The notes beneath the pieces were generated by a model that did not search any database, was not told where the DNA came from, and was given only the letters and a program-made list of their open reading frames with translations. A program made the translations under genes and the position numbers. Shown one piece after another: positions 49,634 through 59,838 of a stretch of 64,000 nt of DNA. How positions within the stretch are numbered: the first letter of the stretch is position 1; each line of letters begins with the position of its first letter. The stretch is taken from positions 18,434 through 82,433 of the forward strand of contig CAKZKQ010000781.1 in assembly GCA_937123825.1 (NCBI GenBank), in the 5' to 3' direction. This stretch comes from an uncultured Pseudomonadota bacterium (GTDB taxonomy: Bacteria; Myxococcota_A; Bradymonadia; Bradymonadales; GCA-2716585).

Positions 49634-51418
49634 ATGGCCAAGCCTCTCATCACGACCAATCGTCTCCAACCAGGGACGATCATTGAGGCGCGCTATGAGG
49701 TCACCGGTTATCTGGGCTCGGGAGGGTTTGCGCAGGTCTACAGCGGGCACATGCTCTCAAACGGCGCGCCGGTGGCCATCAAGCTGATGCACCCGCGCGA
49801 AGGCGCCCCCACCGACCCCACCTTTACCGAGCGTTTCATCCAGGAAGCCCAACTCGCCGCGCAAATTCAACACCCCTGTGTTGTGGCCGTTTACGAGTAC
49901 GGCTTTAGCGGAGAGCGACCGTACATCATCATGGAACACCTGCGGGGGCACGACCTCGGCAAGGAGTTCAAAAAAGAGCAGCCCATGGGCCCGGCGCGCA
50001 TCATCAAGCTCGTCTCGGGTGTGCTCGAAGCCCTGGGAGAAGGGCACCGCAAGGGCATCGTTCACAAAGATCTCAAGCCCGCCAACCTCTACCTCCACAT
50101 GCCAGGCACCCACGAAGAGCGCCTGACCGTGCTGGACTTTGGCATCGCGCGCATGGACCAGGGCGAGTCGCATCTGACGACCACTGGTCAGTTGATGGGG
50201 ACCCCCAAGTATTACGCCCCGGAGTACATCAAGACGCAGACGGTCACCCCCTCGCTCGATGTCTACCAGATGGGGCTCATCATCGTGGAGATGTTCACGC
50301 GCAAGCCGGTGGTCGATATGGATGACCCCTACTTGTGCCTGATGAAGCACTCCATGGGGCAACTCGACCTGCCGCAGAGTTTGATCAGCAGCCCGCTGGG
50401 GCCGGTGCTGCGCAAAGCGTTGGCCCTTGAGCACACCGATCGGTACAGCGACGCCAACGAGTTTCTCCACGCCCTGCGTCAGCTCAACCCCGCGACCATC
50501 TCACCGGTCCAGGCCGGTGACCCGGTCTGCCAACTCAACGAGATCTCGGGCAACCACCAGTCTTTTGCCGCGCCGCCTGGCAGCAGCTCCCAGACCGGAC
50601 CACACAGCGCCCCTGGCAACACCGGGCCGCTGGGCGTGGCGCACCTGTCGGGCAAAAACAGCTCCATTTCCAGCGGCCGCGCGCGCATCAGCATCGGCGC
50701 CAGAAAACGCAGCACTGGCTCACACAAGGCGCTGGCGCGAAGGGCCCCCAAGGGCGCGCAGCCGCGCAGCCGCACCCGACTGATGGTCACCGTCGGGGTG
50801 ACCGTCGCCATCAGCGTGCTGATCGGCCTGGGGCTGACTGCGGCCTTCTACATCAAAAACAATGAGGCCGTTGAACCACCGCACACCGACACCAAAAACA
50901 ACGACCCGAACCAAAACAAAACGCTGACCAAAGACACCAAGGGACCCATCGAAGATGACGTGGACTTCATCATGGTGCCCGCCGACGCCATCACCGTCAC
51001 CATCGACTCCAATGTCCCTGGTGCGGACGTCTTTAAAGGCTCGGACAAGATCGGGCAGACCCCCATGGAGTACACCTTTGACTCCGACACCGCCGATGCC
51101 ATCGTCTTGACCATCTCGGCGGCCGACCACCAGGCCCAGATCGTCGAGGTCTCCCCTTCAAACCGGCCCAAACTCTCTGTCACGCTCGACGCCCGCAACA
51201 AACCCAAGGGCGACAAACGCAGCAACGGCAGCAATGGCAGCAACGACAAACGGCGCAACACCAGCCCCTCCAACCAGCCTCCCCCTGGCAAAGAGACGCG
51301 CACCAACAACAAAAAGAACAACGCCGGCTCCAAGAAGGACAACGGCGGCAAGAAGAACAACAACGGCGGCCAAAAGAATGGCAACGGCGGCGGCTTTGTC
51401 ATGCCCTCGCTGGAGTGA
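49634..51418 (+). CDS. Ser/Thr protein kinase with a TM segment, extracytoplasmic PEGA-like domain and Asn/Lys/Gly-rich tail
   Basis: Kinase motifs GSGGFAQVY, AIK, HKDLKPANL, DFGIA and PKYYAPE. TM segment LMVTVGVTVAISVLIGLGLTAAFYI. PEGA-like segment ITVTIDSNVPGADVFKGSDKIGQTPMEY. Confidence 0.88.
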   Translation: MAKPLITTNRLQPGTIIEARYEVTGYLGSGGFAQVYSGHMLSNGAPVAIKLMHPREGAPTDPTFTERFIQEAQLAAQIQHPCVVAVYEYGFSGERPYIIMEHLRGHDLGKEFKKEQPMGPARIIKLVSGVLEALGEGHRKGIVHKDLKPANLYLHMPGTHEERLTVLDFGIARMDQGESHLTTTGQLMGTPKYYAPEYIKTQTVTPSLDVYQMGLIIVEMFTRKPVVDMDDPYLCLMKHSMGQLDLPQSLISSPLGPVLRKALALEHTDRYSDANEFLHALRQLNPATISPVQAGDPVCQLNEISGNHQSFAAPPGSSSQTGPHSAPGNTGPLGVAHLSGKNSSISSGRARISIGARKRSTGSHKALARRAPKGAQPRSRTRLMVTVGVTVAISVLIGLGLTAAFYIKNNEAVEPPHTDTKNNDPNQNKTLTKDTKGPIEDDVDFIMVPADAITVTIDSNVPGADVFKGSDKIGQTPMEYTFDSDTADAIVLTISAADHQAQIVEVSPSNRPKLSVTLDARNKPKGDKRSNGSNGSNDKRRNTSPSNQPPPGKETRTNNKKNNAGSKKDNGGKKNNNGGQKNGNGGGFVMPSLE

Positions 51419-51427
51419 CGCATCATC

Positions 51428-52426
51428 ATGGCACACCCCACACACCTCAAAGGCCCCGCGTCCCTCTTGATCGCCGCTGCCGCGCTGCTCCTTATGGCCC
51501 AACCAGCCGCCGCGCAGGACGAGGTCTTTCTGGAGCCGACCGAAGAACAAATCGCACTGAGCAGGCAGGCCCTCGAAGCCTTCAAAGACAAAGACTGGGA
51601 CCGAGCCATCGAGATCTACCAACAGGTCATCGATCTGGCGCCGCTCAACTCCGCCTACGCGAGCCTCGGCTACGCCTATTTCAAGGCCGGACAATGCGAG
51701 TTGGCCATCGAAGCCTTTGATCAAGCCGAGTTGGCCCCCAAGGTCTCCAACCCACCGCCAGAAAAGGTCGCTGAGTTGCTCGCGGGCTACCGCACTCGCC
51801 TCTACGAGACCTGCCCCGGCACCGTCATCGTCCAATGTGAGCAAGAAGGCGTGCAGATCTCGGTGGATGGCCTGCCGCCCAACCCCTGCACTGGCAACGC
51901 CCTCTTTTTGCTGCCCGGCGACCACACCATCACCGGCACGCTGGGCCAGCAGCGCACCACACAAGACGTGACTGTGCTCTCCATGAGCACCATCACCATC
52001 ACCGTTGATTTAGAGACCGAAGACGTGGTGACCCCGCAGCCGCCCGTCGTCACCACGCCGCCCCCAGAGACGCCCGCTGGGCCGCTGACCACCGCAGGTT
52101 GGTTGACGACGGCCGCTGGCGGCGCGCTGATGGCCACCGCCCTGGTGGTGGATTTGACCGTGCTGACCCCCACCTTTGAAGACTTTCGACAGGCCTCGGC
52201 GCAAAATGATCTTGAGCGCTATGACAGCCTCAAGCCCTCGGTCGAATCTCAACAAACGCTGGTTCAGGGGTTGCTCATCTCGGGCGCTGCGGTCACGGCC
52301 ACCGGGCTGACGCTGGTCATTCTGGATGCGCTGGGGGGACCCGACGAGGCCCCCCAACAAGGCGCTGACGTCTCGACCTGGGTTGGCGCACAGAGCGCTG
52401 GGGTTCAGTTCACCACCAGTTGGTGA
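51428..52426 (+). CDS. Secreted TPR + PEGA-like protein with a C-terminal membrane-associated region
   Basis: Signal LLIAAAALLLMAQPAAAQ. TPR-like segment AFKDKDWDRAIEIYQQVIDLAPLNSAYASLGYAYFKAGQCELAIEAF. It starts 10 nt after the kinase stop. Confidence 0.55.
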   Translation: MAHPTHLKGPASLLIAAAALLLMAQPAAAQDEVFLEPTEEQIALSRQALEAFKDKDWDRAIEIYQQVIDLAPLNSAYASLGYAYFKAGQCELAIEAFDQAELAPKVSNPPPEKVAELLAGYRTRLYETCPGTVIVQCEQEGVQISVDGLPPNPCTGNALFLLPGDHTITGTLGQQRTTQDVTVLSMSTITITVDLETEDVVTPQPPVVTTPPPETPAGPLTTAGWLTTAAGGALMATALVVDLTVLTPTFEDFRQASAQNDLERYDSLKPSVESQQTLVQGLLISGAAVTATGLTLVILDALGGPDEAPQQGADVSTWVGAQSAGVQFTTSW

Positions 52427-52438
52427 CGGAACACTCCC

Positions 52439-53443
52439 TCAGGGGCACGCAAGACACCCATCCACATCGGCCTGGGCATCATCGGGCACACACAAGAGCG
52501 CCTCTGGGCAGGTCTGCGCCCCTGGGCACAGGCTGTGGACCGGCTCTCCAATGCACGCGCCCTGACCATCACAGGCGTCCAACTCGGTGCAGCCCAGACC
52601 ATCGTCGCAAGGGGTGTCTGCGGGCGCTTGTGGGTTGTCCTCGTCCAGGCGGCAGGTGAACCCCGTGGACGCATCGCAGACAAACTGGCGGCACTGGCTC
52701 TGCGTGTTGCAGTCCTGGGGGCTTTGGCACTCGCAGTCGGCGGTGGGGATGTGGTTGACCTCGCGGGCCTCTTCGTCGCACACCGCCGTGGTGCACGCAA
52801 CGCCGTCGTCCTGCGCCAGCGGCGATGGCCCATCGACGCACCCTTGCGAGGGATCGCAGGTCTCGGCGCCGTTGCAGAAGATCCCGTCGTCGCAGAAGCT
52901 CTGATCGGGCGAGCCGACGCATTGGCCTTGATCGTCACAGGTCGCGGCTGCGGTGCACGCAATGCCGTCGTCGCACGGCGCGCCGGGGGCCAGCAATTCG
53001 ACCTGACAGACAAAGAACTCGGGGTCACAGGTCGCCGACCCCAGACAGGGCGACTCACAGCCGGCCTGACACCGGCCGCTGTGGACGCACTCGCAGCCCA
53101 CCGGGTCGTGGATGACGCGGCGCTGGGCTTCGTCGCACGAGTCGACCGTGCAATCGACCCCATCGTCGATCAGGTCCTCGACCGATGAAGGCACACAGCC
53201 AAACGTATCGGCGCTTTCGTCGTCGGGGGCGCAGCGCTCGGGACCATTGCAGAAAACCCCGTCATCACAGCTCTGATCGCTGGAGCACTGGGGGCGCGCC
53301 ACACCGTCCACGTCCGAAAAAGCCTCACAACCCGGCGCGGCCCACACGCACAACGCCGCCGACAGGACCAACGTCCAATCCCGGCCAGCAAAACTGCGTG
53401 CCTCACCCCACCATGTTGTCTTTTTTGTGCCGGTTGGGCTCAT
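52439..53443 (-). CDS. Secreted Cys-rich repeat protein (CDDG.FCNG..C-type repeats)
   Basis: Repeats include CDDGVFCNGPERC, CDDGIACTAAATCDDQGQC, CDDGIFCNGAETCDPSQGC and CDDGLGCTELDACDGQGAC. The ATG at 53443 is followed by a hydrophobic signal. Confidence 0.6.
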   Translation of the reverse strand: MSPTGTKKTTWWGEARSFAGRDWTLVLSAALCVWAAPGCEAFSDVDGVARPQCSSDQSCDDGVFCNGPERCAPDDESADTFGCVPSSVEDLIDDGVDCTVDSCDEAQRRVIHDPVGCECVHSGRCQAGCESPCLGSATCDPEFFVCQVELLAPGAPCDDGIACTAAATCDDQGQCVGSPDQSFCDDGIFCNGAETCDPSQGCVDGPSPLAQDDGVACTTAVCDEEAREVNHIPTADCECQSPQDCNTQSQCRQFVCDASTGFTCRLDEDNPQAPADTPCDDGLGCTELDACDGQGACIGEPVHSLCPGAQTCPEALLCVPDDAQADVDGCLACP

Positions 53444-53745
53444 CGATCGCCTCTGAAATGACCTTGACCCTCTCCACGCGCAGCCAAGCTGCGCGCAGAG
53501 CCAGTCGGGGACGCGCCTGTGGATCCTTGAGAGTGGGATTGTAGCGCGCGTGCTGTCTTTCGGACACCTTTGTTGTGGGTAAAGGTTTGCCACCACGCCG
53601 TCAAGGCGCCCCCACACATGCGCACAGGGCTCAACACGGTCGAGGCGCGCCCAAAAACCAGGGTTTCATCGTCGGCTCGGTTTAGGTCTGGGGGCGCATC
53701 TGCTACCCTGCATCGATGTTGGCACATCCCCTGATCGGTGGCCCC

Positions 53746-56700
53746 ATGAAGATTGCTTTTCCCGTTCTCCTCCATGCTCGCCGCAGCACGCTGCTCATTC
53801 TGGTGGCCATGCTTGGCGGCCACGCCTGGGCTTGCAACGCCCCGGCTGCGGACCCGCAACGTCCAGCGCTTGAAACGCATCGGGCGGCGCTGGCGCCGGT
53901 GGCGTCTGGTCTTGACGTCAGCACCCAGGAAGACACCCCGGTGGAAGACACGCTGCCGGGCAACGACGACGATGGTGACGCGCTGACCTTCGCCATCGTC
54001 TCGGGGCCGTCCAACGGACAAGTGGAGATCCTGGACGCCACCACAGGGCTCTTTCGCTACAGCCCCAACGCCGACTTCAACGGCGCCGACAGCTTCACCT
54101 TCAATGTCACCGCCAACGGCGAGACCTCGGACGCGGCCACGGTGAACATCGACGTTCAAGCGGTCAATGATCCGCCCCAAATCGGGGCCATCGAGGCCAG
54201 GCAGGCCACTGATGAGGGCCAACCGCTGGTTTTGGAAGTCGAGATCAACGATGTCGACAATGACAACGACGCCCTTGGCGTGCTTTGGGACTTTGGCAAC
54301 GGTCAACAGCGCAGCGATCAGGCCCTGACCCGCGTCATCCAAACCTACAACAGCCCTGGGACGTTCAACATCACCGCGACGGTCTCGGATGGTGACCAGA
54401 GCAGCTCTGTGACCCACACGGTGACCGTCGCGAACGTTGCGCCGACTTTGATCGCCTTCCAGGCCCCGGACGCGGCACAAGAAGGACAAACGCTCGCTTT
54501 TTCGGCCACCGCCATCGAACCGGGCAGCACCCCACAGTCGCTGACCTACAGTTGGGACATGGGCGACGGCAACACCTACAACGGCCAGGGGCTGACCAAC
54601 GTCAGCCACACCTACGCCAACGACCGCGCCGAGCCCTACACCGTCTCGCTCTCCATCTCCGAGCCCGAAGGAGCCTCCATCTCCAACCAGGCCCAGGTCA
54701 CCGTCAGCAACGTCGCCCCCAGCGTGCGCGTTGGCAATGTCGCCGGGCAAGAAGGCAGCGCGATCGCGTTGACCGCGCTGGTCGATGATCCAGGAACCGA
54801 AGACCCCCTGACCTACACCTGGAACTTTGGCGACGGCTCGGAGCCGCTCAGCGGCGAAAACCTGACCAACGTCACACACACCTACGCTGACGACGGCGAC
54901 TTTGACGTCACGCTCGCTGTGGCCGATGGCACCGACACCACCAGCGTCCAAGCCATCGCCGCCATCGCCAACGTCGTGCCGCTCTTGCAACCGCTGGTCG
55001 CCGTCACAGGTGTCGAAGGCACCCCCGTGACCCTCACAGCCGCCGCCAACGATCCCGGGGCCGACGCCCTGGAGTATTGCTGGAACTTTGGCGACGGCTC
55101 CCAGGAGGTCTGCGGCCAGAACTTGACCGAGTTGGCCCACACCTACGCCGATGATGGCGTCTACGCCGTGTCGCTCACCGTCAATGACAACGATGGGGGG
55201 ACCGCCGCTGCGGGCACCACAGCCACGATCAACAACGTCTCCCCGACAGTCGAAGCAGGGCCCAACATCACCAGCACCGAGGGCCAGAGCGTCACATTCA
55301 CCGGCAACGCCACCGACCCCGGCGCTGACCCCCTGGAGTATTGCTGGAACTTTGGCGACGGCTCGCCCCGGGTCTGCGACATCGACCTGCTCCAGGTCAG
55401 CCACACCTTCACCAACGACGGCCAGTTCAACGTCATCCTGCGCGTCTTTGACGGCGGCGACCAGCCTGGCGTGGACACACTCGTGGCCACGGTGAACAAC
55501 GTCGCCCCAGAAGTGACGCTGATCACCCCACCGCTGACGCTCCTTGAAGGCCAACGGCCCACCCTGGAAGCCACCGCCGAAGATCCCGGCGCCGACACCC
55601 TGGAGTTTTGCTGGGACATTGAAGGAGACGGCCAGGAAGAAGCCTGCGGCGTGGATCTGACCCGCTTTGAGTCGCCCGTGCCCTACACCCAGGACGGCAA
55701 CTACAGCGCCACGTTGACCGTCTTTGACGGCACCGACACCACCACCGAAACCCTGAGCGTCACCGTCGAAAACGTCAGGCCGCGCATCGTCACTGCCCCC
55801 ACGGTCTACTTTGACCCCGCACGGGACGGCGCCATCTACCTCTACCAGGCAGAGGCCCGCGACCCAGGGCCCGAAGACACGCTCGACTTTGTCCTCGATG
55901 CCCCAGACGGCGCCAGCGTCAACGACGAAGGGCTGGTGGCCTGGCTCAACCCCGTTCCTCAAGACGAGCCCTACACCTTCTCGCTGGCCGTCTCAGACCC
56001 CCAGGACGCCTTTGACGTGCAGGTCTGGAGCCTCCAGGTCGGCTACGATGACACCGACGAAGATGGGGCGCCAGACGCCTGTGAGGCGCAATACGCCCTG
56101 CTGGACCCCAACGATCCCTTTGATGGTGGCCTGGACTTTGACGGGGACGGGCAAACCAATGCCCAGGAGTGTTTTGGGGGCACCAACCCCCTCATCAGCG
56201 ACTCGCCGCCACCACCCACCGTGGCCAGCCCGCTGAACGGGCAGGTGATCGTTCAACGCCCGGTGCAACTGGCCGTCAACAACACCCTGGGCGGCCAACC
56301 CGGCACGGTCTACACCTTTGAACTCTTTGACGACCCCTCGCTCTCCAACCCGCTGGCCGTGTGGCGCGATGTCCCAGAGGCCGCCCAGTTGACCGCCGTC
56401 ACCGTCGAAGATGGCGATCTGGTCGAAAACCAGCACTATTACTGGCGCGCCAGCGCCTTTGACGGACAAGATCGCAGCGCCAACACGACCGTCTCCACGT
56501 GGATCTTCTCAGAGACCCCAGAGGCCCCCTCTCTCCCCGAGCTGCAAACCCCCCAGGGACGCATCACCTCGCCCCAAGAAGACGAGTTTGTCCTGAGCAA
56601 CCCCACCGACCCCGAAGCGCAGCCCCTCCACATTGAAGTGGAGATCTTCGCCGAGGGCGAAGAGGAGCCCATCCACTCGTTGACCCAGGACGTCACCCCC

Positions 56701-57984
56701 GGGGATCAGACCACTGTCCCCATTCCGGTCACCGTCTTGACCCAGGAAGATCAGGCCTACACCTGGCGCGCCCGCGCCGTGGAGACAAACGGCGACCTGA
56801 GCAGCCCCTGGTCCGATGCGCTCAGCTTTCGGATCGACCTGCAAAACGACGTCCCCGACGATCCGCGCCCTCTTTCGCCCGGTTTCCTGGCACAGGTCGA
56901 TGACGCAGGGCTGGTCTTGATCGCCCGCGCGCCGCTGGACCGAGACGAAGAAGAGCAAGGCCTGCAATACAGCTTCAAGTTGGCGCAGTCCCCCGACTTT
57001 GACGACCCACAAAACATCGTCGCGCAGATCGAGGGGCTGGAAGCCTCGCCGGGCGCAGAAGTCGTCTGGGATCTGCGTCAGGAAGCCCTGGAGTTGACCG
57101 AAGACACCGTCTACCACTGGGAAGTCCAGGTCCGTGACCGCGAAGGACTCGGCGGCCGCGCCACCAGCCGCTTTGTCTACAGCAACAACGACGGCCCCCC
57201 GACCCCCGTGCAGCCCCTGGCGCCCACCTCGGGTGCGGTGCTCACCACCCAGGTCCCCGAGCTGCGTTGGACCCAGGCCACGGATCGTGAAGGCCAGCCC
57301 ATCACCTACACCGTGGAAGTCGCCACCGACGCCAACTTCAACCAACGCGTCGCCACCGCCAACGGCATCCCCGACGATCAAGGCCCCGAGATCCGCTGGG
57401 CAGGCGCCCAACTGGAAGACGACGCCGAATACTTCTGGCGCGTGCGCCCTGTCTCCAACGCCCCTGGTTTCTGGAGCGCCCCTGCCAACTTCCGCATTGA
57501 TCGCGGCAACGATCCGCCCGCCGTCCCCACTCTGGGCGCCCCAGAAAACGGCACCGCGCTCGCCCCGCAGTCCCCCATCGTGCTGGCCTGGTCCACCGTG
57601 GTCGATCCCGAAGGCGCGCAGGTGATCTACTCCGTGCAGGTCTTTGATGCGCTGGGTACGGCGGTCTACGACGCCGAGATCACCAACGCCCCCGAAGACG
57701 CGGCCCAGTTGAGTCAGTCGTTCGATCCGTTGCCCTCGGGAGGTTATGTCTGGCGCGTGGCGGCCAGCGACGGCACCCTCCAAAGCGCCTGGAGCGCGCC
57801 AGGCACCTTCTCGGTCAGCACCGAAACCGCCGATGACAGGCCCGCACCCCCGATCCCCAGCACCTCCCAGCCCCAACCGTCGGGCTGCGCGCAGAGCGGT
57901 CAGAACTCGCCAGGGCGCACCCCGTGGTGGCCTCTGATGTTGGGGTGGTGTGTTTGGATGGGTTGGCGCAAACGTCAGCGCTGA
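53746..57984 (+). CDS. Giant secreted adhesin-like protein, paralogous architecture to 45359-49228 (cadherin/Ig-like, about 8 PKD, TSP3, about 8 Ig/FN3-like repeats, C-terminal sorting tag)
   Basis: Signal LLILVAMLGGHAWAC. PKD units of the type LEYCWNFGDGS....NLT...HTYADDG.Y.V.LTV.D. TSP3 motif DTDEDGAPDACE..DPNDPFDGGLDFDGDGQ. The tail is SGCAQSGQNSPGRTPWWPLMLGWCVWMGWRKRQR. The start may instead be 53716. Confidence 0.85.
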   Translation: MKIAFPVLLHARRSTLLILVAMLGGHAWACNAPAADPQRPALETHRAALAPVASGLDVSTQEDTPVEDTLPGNDDDGDALTFAIVSGPSNGQVEILDATTGLFRYSPNADFNGADSFTFNVTANGETSDAATVNIDVQAVNDPPQIGAIEARQATDEGQPLVLEVEINDVDNDNDALGVLWDFGNGQQRSDQALTRVIQTYNSPGTFNITATVSDGDQSSSVTHTVTVANVAPTLIAFQAPDAAQEGQTLAFSATAIEPGSTPQSLTYSWDMGDGNTYNGQGLTNVSHTYANDRAEPYTVSLSISEPEGASISNQAQVTVSNVAPSVRVGNVAGQEGSAIALTALVDDPGTEDPLTYTWNFGDGSEPLSGENLTNVTHTYADDGDFDVTLAVADGTDTTSVQAIAAIANVVPLLQPLVAVTGVEGTPVTLTAAANDPGADALEYCWNFGDGSQEVCGQNLTELAHTYADDGVYAVSLTVNDNDGGTAAAGTTATINNVSPTVEAGPNITSTEGQSVTFTGNATDPGADPLEYCWNFGDGSPRVCDIDLLQVSHTFTNDGQFNVILRVFDGGDQPGVDTLVATVNNVAPEVTLITPPLTLLEGQRPTLEATAEDPGADTLEFCWDIEGDGQEEACGVDLTRFESPVPYTQDGNYSATLTVFDGTDTTTETLSVTVENVRPRIVTAPTVYFDPARDGAIYLYQAEARDPGPEDTLDFVLDAPDGASVNDEGLVAWLNPVPQDEPYTFSLAVSDPQDAFDVQVWSLQVGYDDTDEDGAPDACEAQYALLDPNDPFDGGLDFDGDGQTNAQECFGGTNPLISDSPPPPTVASPLNGQVIVQRPVQLAVNNTLGGQPGTVYTFELFDDPSLSNPLAVWRDVPEAAQLTAVTVEDGDLVENQHYYWRASAFDGQDRSANTTVSTWIFSETPEAPSLPELQTPQGRITSPQEDEFVLSNPTDPEAQPLHIEVEIFAEGEEEPIHSLTQDVTPGDQTTVPIPVTVLTQEDQAYTWRARAVETNGDLSSPWSDALSFRIDLQNDVPDDPRPLSPGFLAQVDDAGLVLIARAPLDRDEEEQGLQYSFKLAQSPDFDDPQNIVAQIEGLEASPGAEVVWDLRQEALELTEDTVYHWEVQVRDREGLGGRATSRFVYSNNDGPPTPVQPLAPTSGAVLTTQVPELRWTQATDREGQPITYTVEVATDANFNQRVATANGIPDDQGPEIRWAGAQLEDDAEYFWRVRPVSNAPGFWSAPANFRIDRGNDPPAVPTLGAPENGTALAPQSPIVLAWSTVVDPEGAQVIYSVQVFDALGTAVYDAEITNAPEDAAQLSQSFDPLPSGGYVWRVAASDGTLQSAWSAPGTFSVSTETADDRPAPPIPSTSQPQPSGCAQSGQNSPGRTPWWPLMLGWCVWMGWRKRQR

Positions 57985-58167
57985 TGCAGCAGCCATTGAG
58001 GCGCGCTGGATGCACAGATGATGTTCGCCTTGTCCTATGGTGGACGGCGCTCACAACATCTTCAAAGGTTGTCTGGGAGACAAAAGGGGGGCATGAGGGG
58101 GCACAGCCCCCATAGCACACTGCCACCGTCGCCAGCGTTTGCGCGGCGCCCCGATGGCTTTTGGGCC

Positions 58168-58413
58168 TCAGCGGCGACGGCCGCGGCGCTTTTTGCTGCG
58201 CTGGACCTCAAGGACGTCCAGGACCTCATTGGTGAAGTAGACGTTGCCCTGGGCGATCTCGCGCAGCGCCAGGACGCACTCTTTGTTGTCGGCCTTCACC
58301 ATGGGCTCGTCATTGTCAATGCGGATTTCACGGGCACGCTGGCTGGCCAGGTGGACCAGCGCAAAGCGGTTTTCGACCTTGGTGAGGCAATCTTCAACGG
58401 TAACGCGGGCCAT
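58168..58413 (-). CDS. rpoZ: DNA-directed RNA polymerase subunit omega
   Basis: AGGAG lies upstream of the ATG at 58413. The protein reads [30 protein letters not shown]. Confidence 0.9.
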   Translation of the reverse strand: MARVTVEDCLTKVENRFALVHLASQRAREIRIDNDEPMVKADNKECVLALREIAQGNVYFTNEVLDVLEVQRSKKRRGRRR

Positions 58414-58509
58414 AACAGCTCCTGTATTCTTCAGCTCTGCGTGTCGAGTCCACCCCGATACCTTTGCCGGGGTGAAGACAAAGCACAATAGGCACCTGGA
58501 GGCCGTGCG

Positions 58510-59802
58510 TCAAGAAGCGACCACCCCTCGCAGCGCCCGGACGCGGGATCCCAACGCGCCATCGCCGTAAAGCAAGAGCGCCCACTGCTCTTCATCAAAG
58601 CTCAGACCCTCGGCCCCAGCCAACGCAATCAGCGTTCGATCGTGTGCGTTGATGAAATCCTCCAGGCGATCCACCCCGACCCCCAACGACAGGCGCACCT
58701 GGCGCTGCTCATCGGTGGACCAGCGCACGCAACCGGCCTGAACCAGCAGCCGCATCACGCGCTGGAGCGACGCGGCGCTCAGGGCCCCCGTCTGCGCCTC
58801 CAAACCAAGCTCATCGGCCAGCATGGCCTCAAAAAGGGCGTCGCCCTGGCGCCAGACCTCGTTTAAAAGCCGCTTGTGGATCGCGCCCAACACCCTCGGC
58901 TGAAGATCACTGCCCAGAAAGCGCACCTGTGAGGCGGCCAGCGCCTGATCCAGACGCTCACCAAGCCCCAGCGGCGTCGGCGCGTCCTCCTGGACCCCAG
59001 GGCGCTGAATCAACACGTTGCCAAAGCGCCGCCCAGCGATCTCAACCTCGCCCTGATGACGCGCTTGTTGCAGGTAATCCTGGAACTTTCTAAAGCCAAA
59101 GAGGCGCTGATCAAAGTCCGGGTCGAGTTGGAGCATCATGTCCTTCAACTCGGAGCTGCGGTGGGGCGGCGGGCGATCCTTGCCCAGGCGATCGAGCGCT
59201 TCGCTAAGGAGTCCAAAGTCGAGCAGGGGCTCGGAGCGGCGCGAGATCGGCAAAAGCTGCGATGACACCCCCAGCGGATCATCCTCAAAGTCCTGCCTGT
59301 CGGGCAAGACCAGCAGCTCATCACAAAACTGCTCCAGGAGGTGGCTGGCCACGGCCTCTGCGGTCACCACGATGACATACCGGCCAAGCTCCCGCAGCCG
59401 CTCGATCAACGGGATGAAGTCGCTGTCGCCCGAGACGATCACAAAGACGCCAAGTTCGGGGCGCGTGATGGCCAACTCGATGGCATCGACGCTGACTCGG
59501 ATGTCGGTGGAGTTGCGTTTGCGTTGGTGGTAGGCAGGGCACTCCACCAGTTGAATGGCGGCCTGAAGCAGGCGCACCTTGAAGTGGGCAAATTGATGCC
59601 AATCGGCATAAGCCCGGCGGATCAACACCCGGCCGCGGGTTTCGAGATACTCCACCAGCGCGCACGGATCGAAGCCCGCTTGAGCGCTGATGTTCTCAAA
59701 GTCGATCAGCAGCGCAATGTCCCGTCCTGGGTCACTCACAGCGTTGCCCTCATGGGCGTTCACCACAGGAACCTCAAGACCGCTCTCGCGCACCGCGCAC
59801 AC
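58510..59802 (-). CDS. NYN (LabA-like) domain protein with C-terminal OST-HTH/LOTUS-like region
   Basis: NYN blocks are IALLIDFENI, RRAYADW, NSTDIRVSVDAIELA and FVIVSGDSDFIPLIERLRELGRYVIVV. The C-terminal ~250 aa are helical, consistent with LOTUS repeats, but I did not verify this. Confidence 0.7.
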   Translation of the reverse strand: MCAVRESGLEVPVVNAHEGNAVSDPGRDIALLIDFENISAQAGFDPCALVEYLETRGRVLIRRAYADWHQFAHFKVRLLQAAIQLVECPAYHQRKRNSTDIRVSVDAIELAITRPELGVFVIVSGDSDFIPLIERLRELGRYVIVVTAEAVASHLLEQFCDELLVLPDRQDFEDDPLGVSSQLLPISRRSEPLLDFGLLSEALDRLGKDRPPPHRSSELKDMMLQLDPDFDQRLFGFRKFQDYLQQARHQGEVEIAGRRFGNVLIQRPGVQEDAPTPLGLGERLDQALAASQVRFLGSDLQPRVLGAIHKRLLNEVWRQGDALFEAMLADELGLEAQTGALSAASLQRVMRLLVQAGCVRWSTDEQRQVRLSLGVGVDRLEDFINAHDRTLIALAGAEGLSFDEEQWALLLYGDGALGSRVRALRGVVAS

Positions 59803-59838
59803 CCATCACAAAGGCGTGCGCGACCTGCTCAAAGAGCG

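Noticed and set aside
53440-57996. 840-aa and 495-aa minus-strand ORFs (53440-55962, 56509-57996)
   Set aside because: They are antisense to the PKD/Ig adhesin gene, whose sense frame shows repeated PKD consensus motifs. No motifs appear in the antisense frames.
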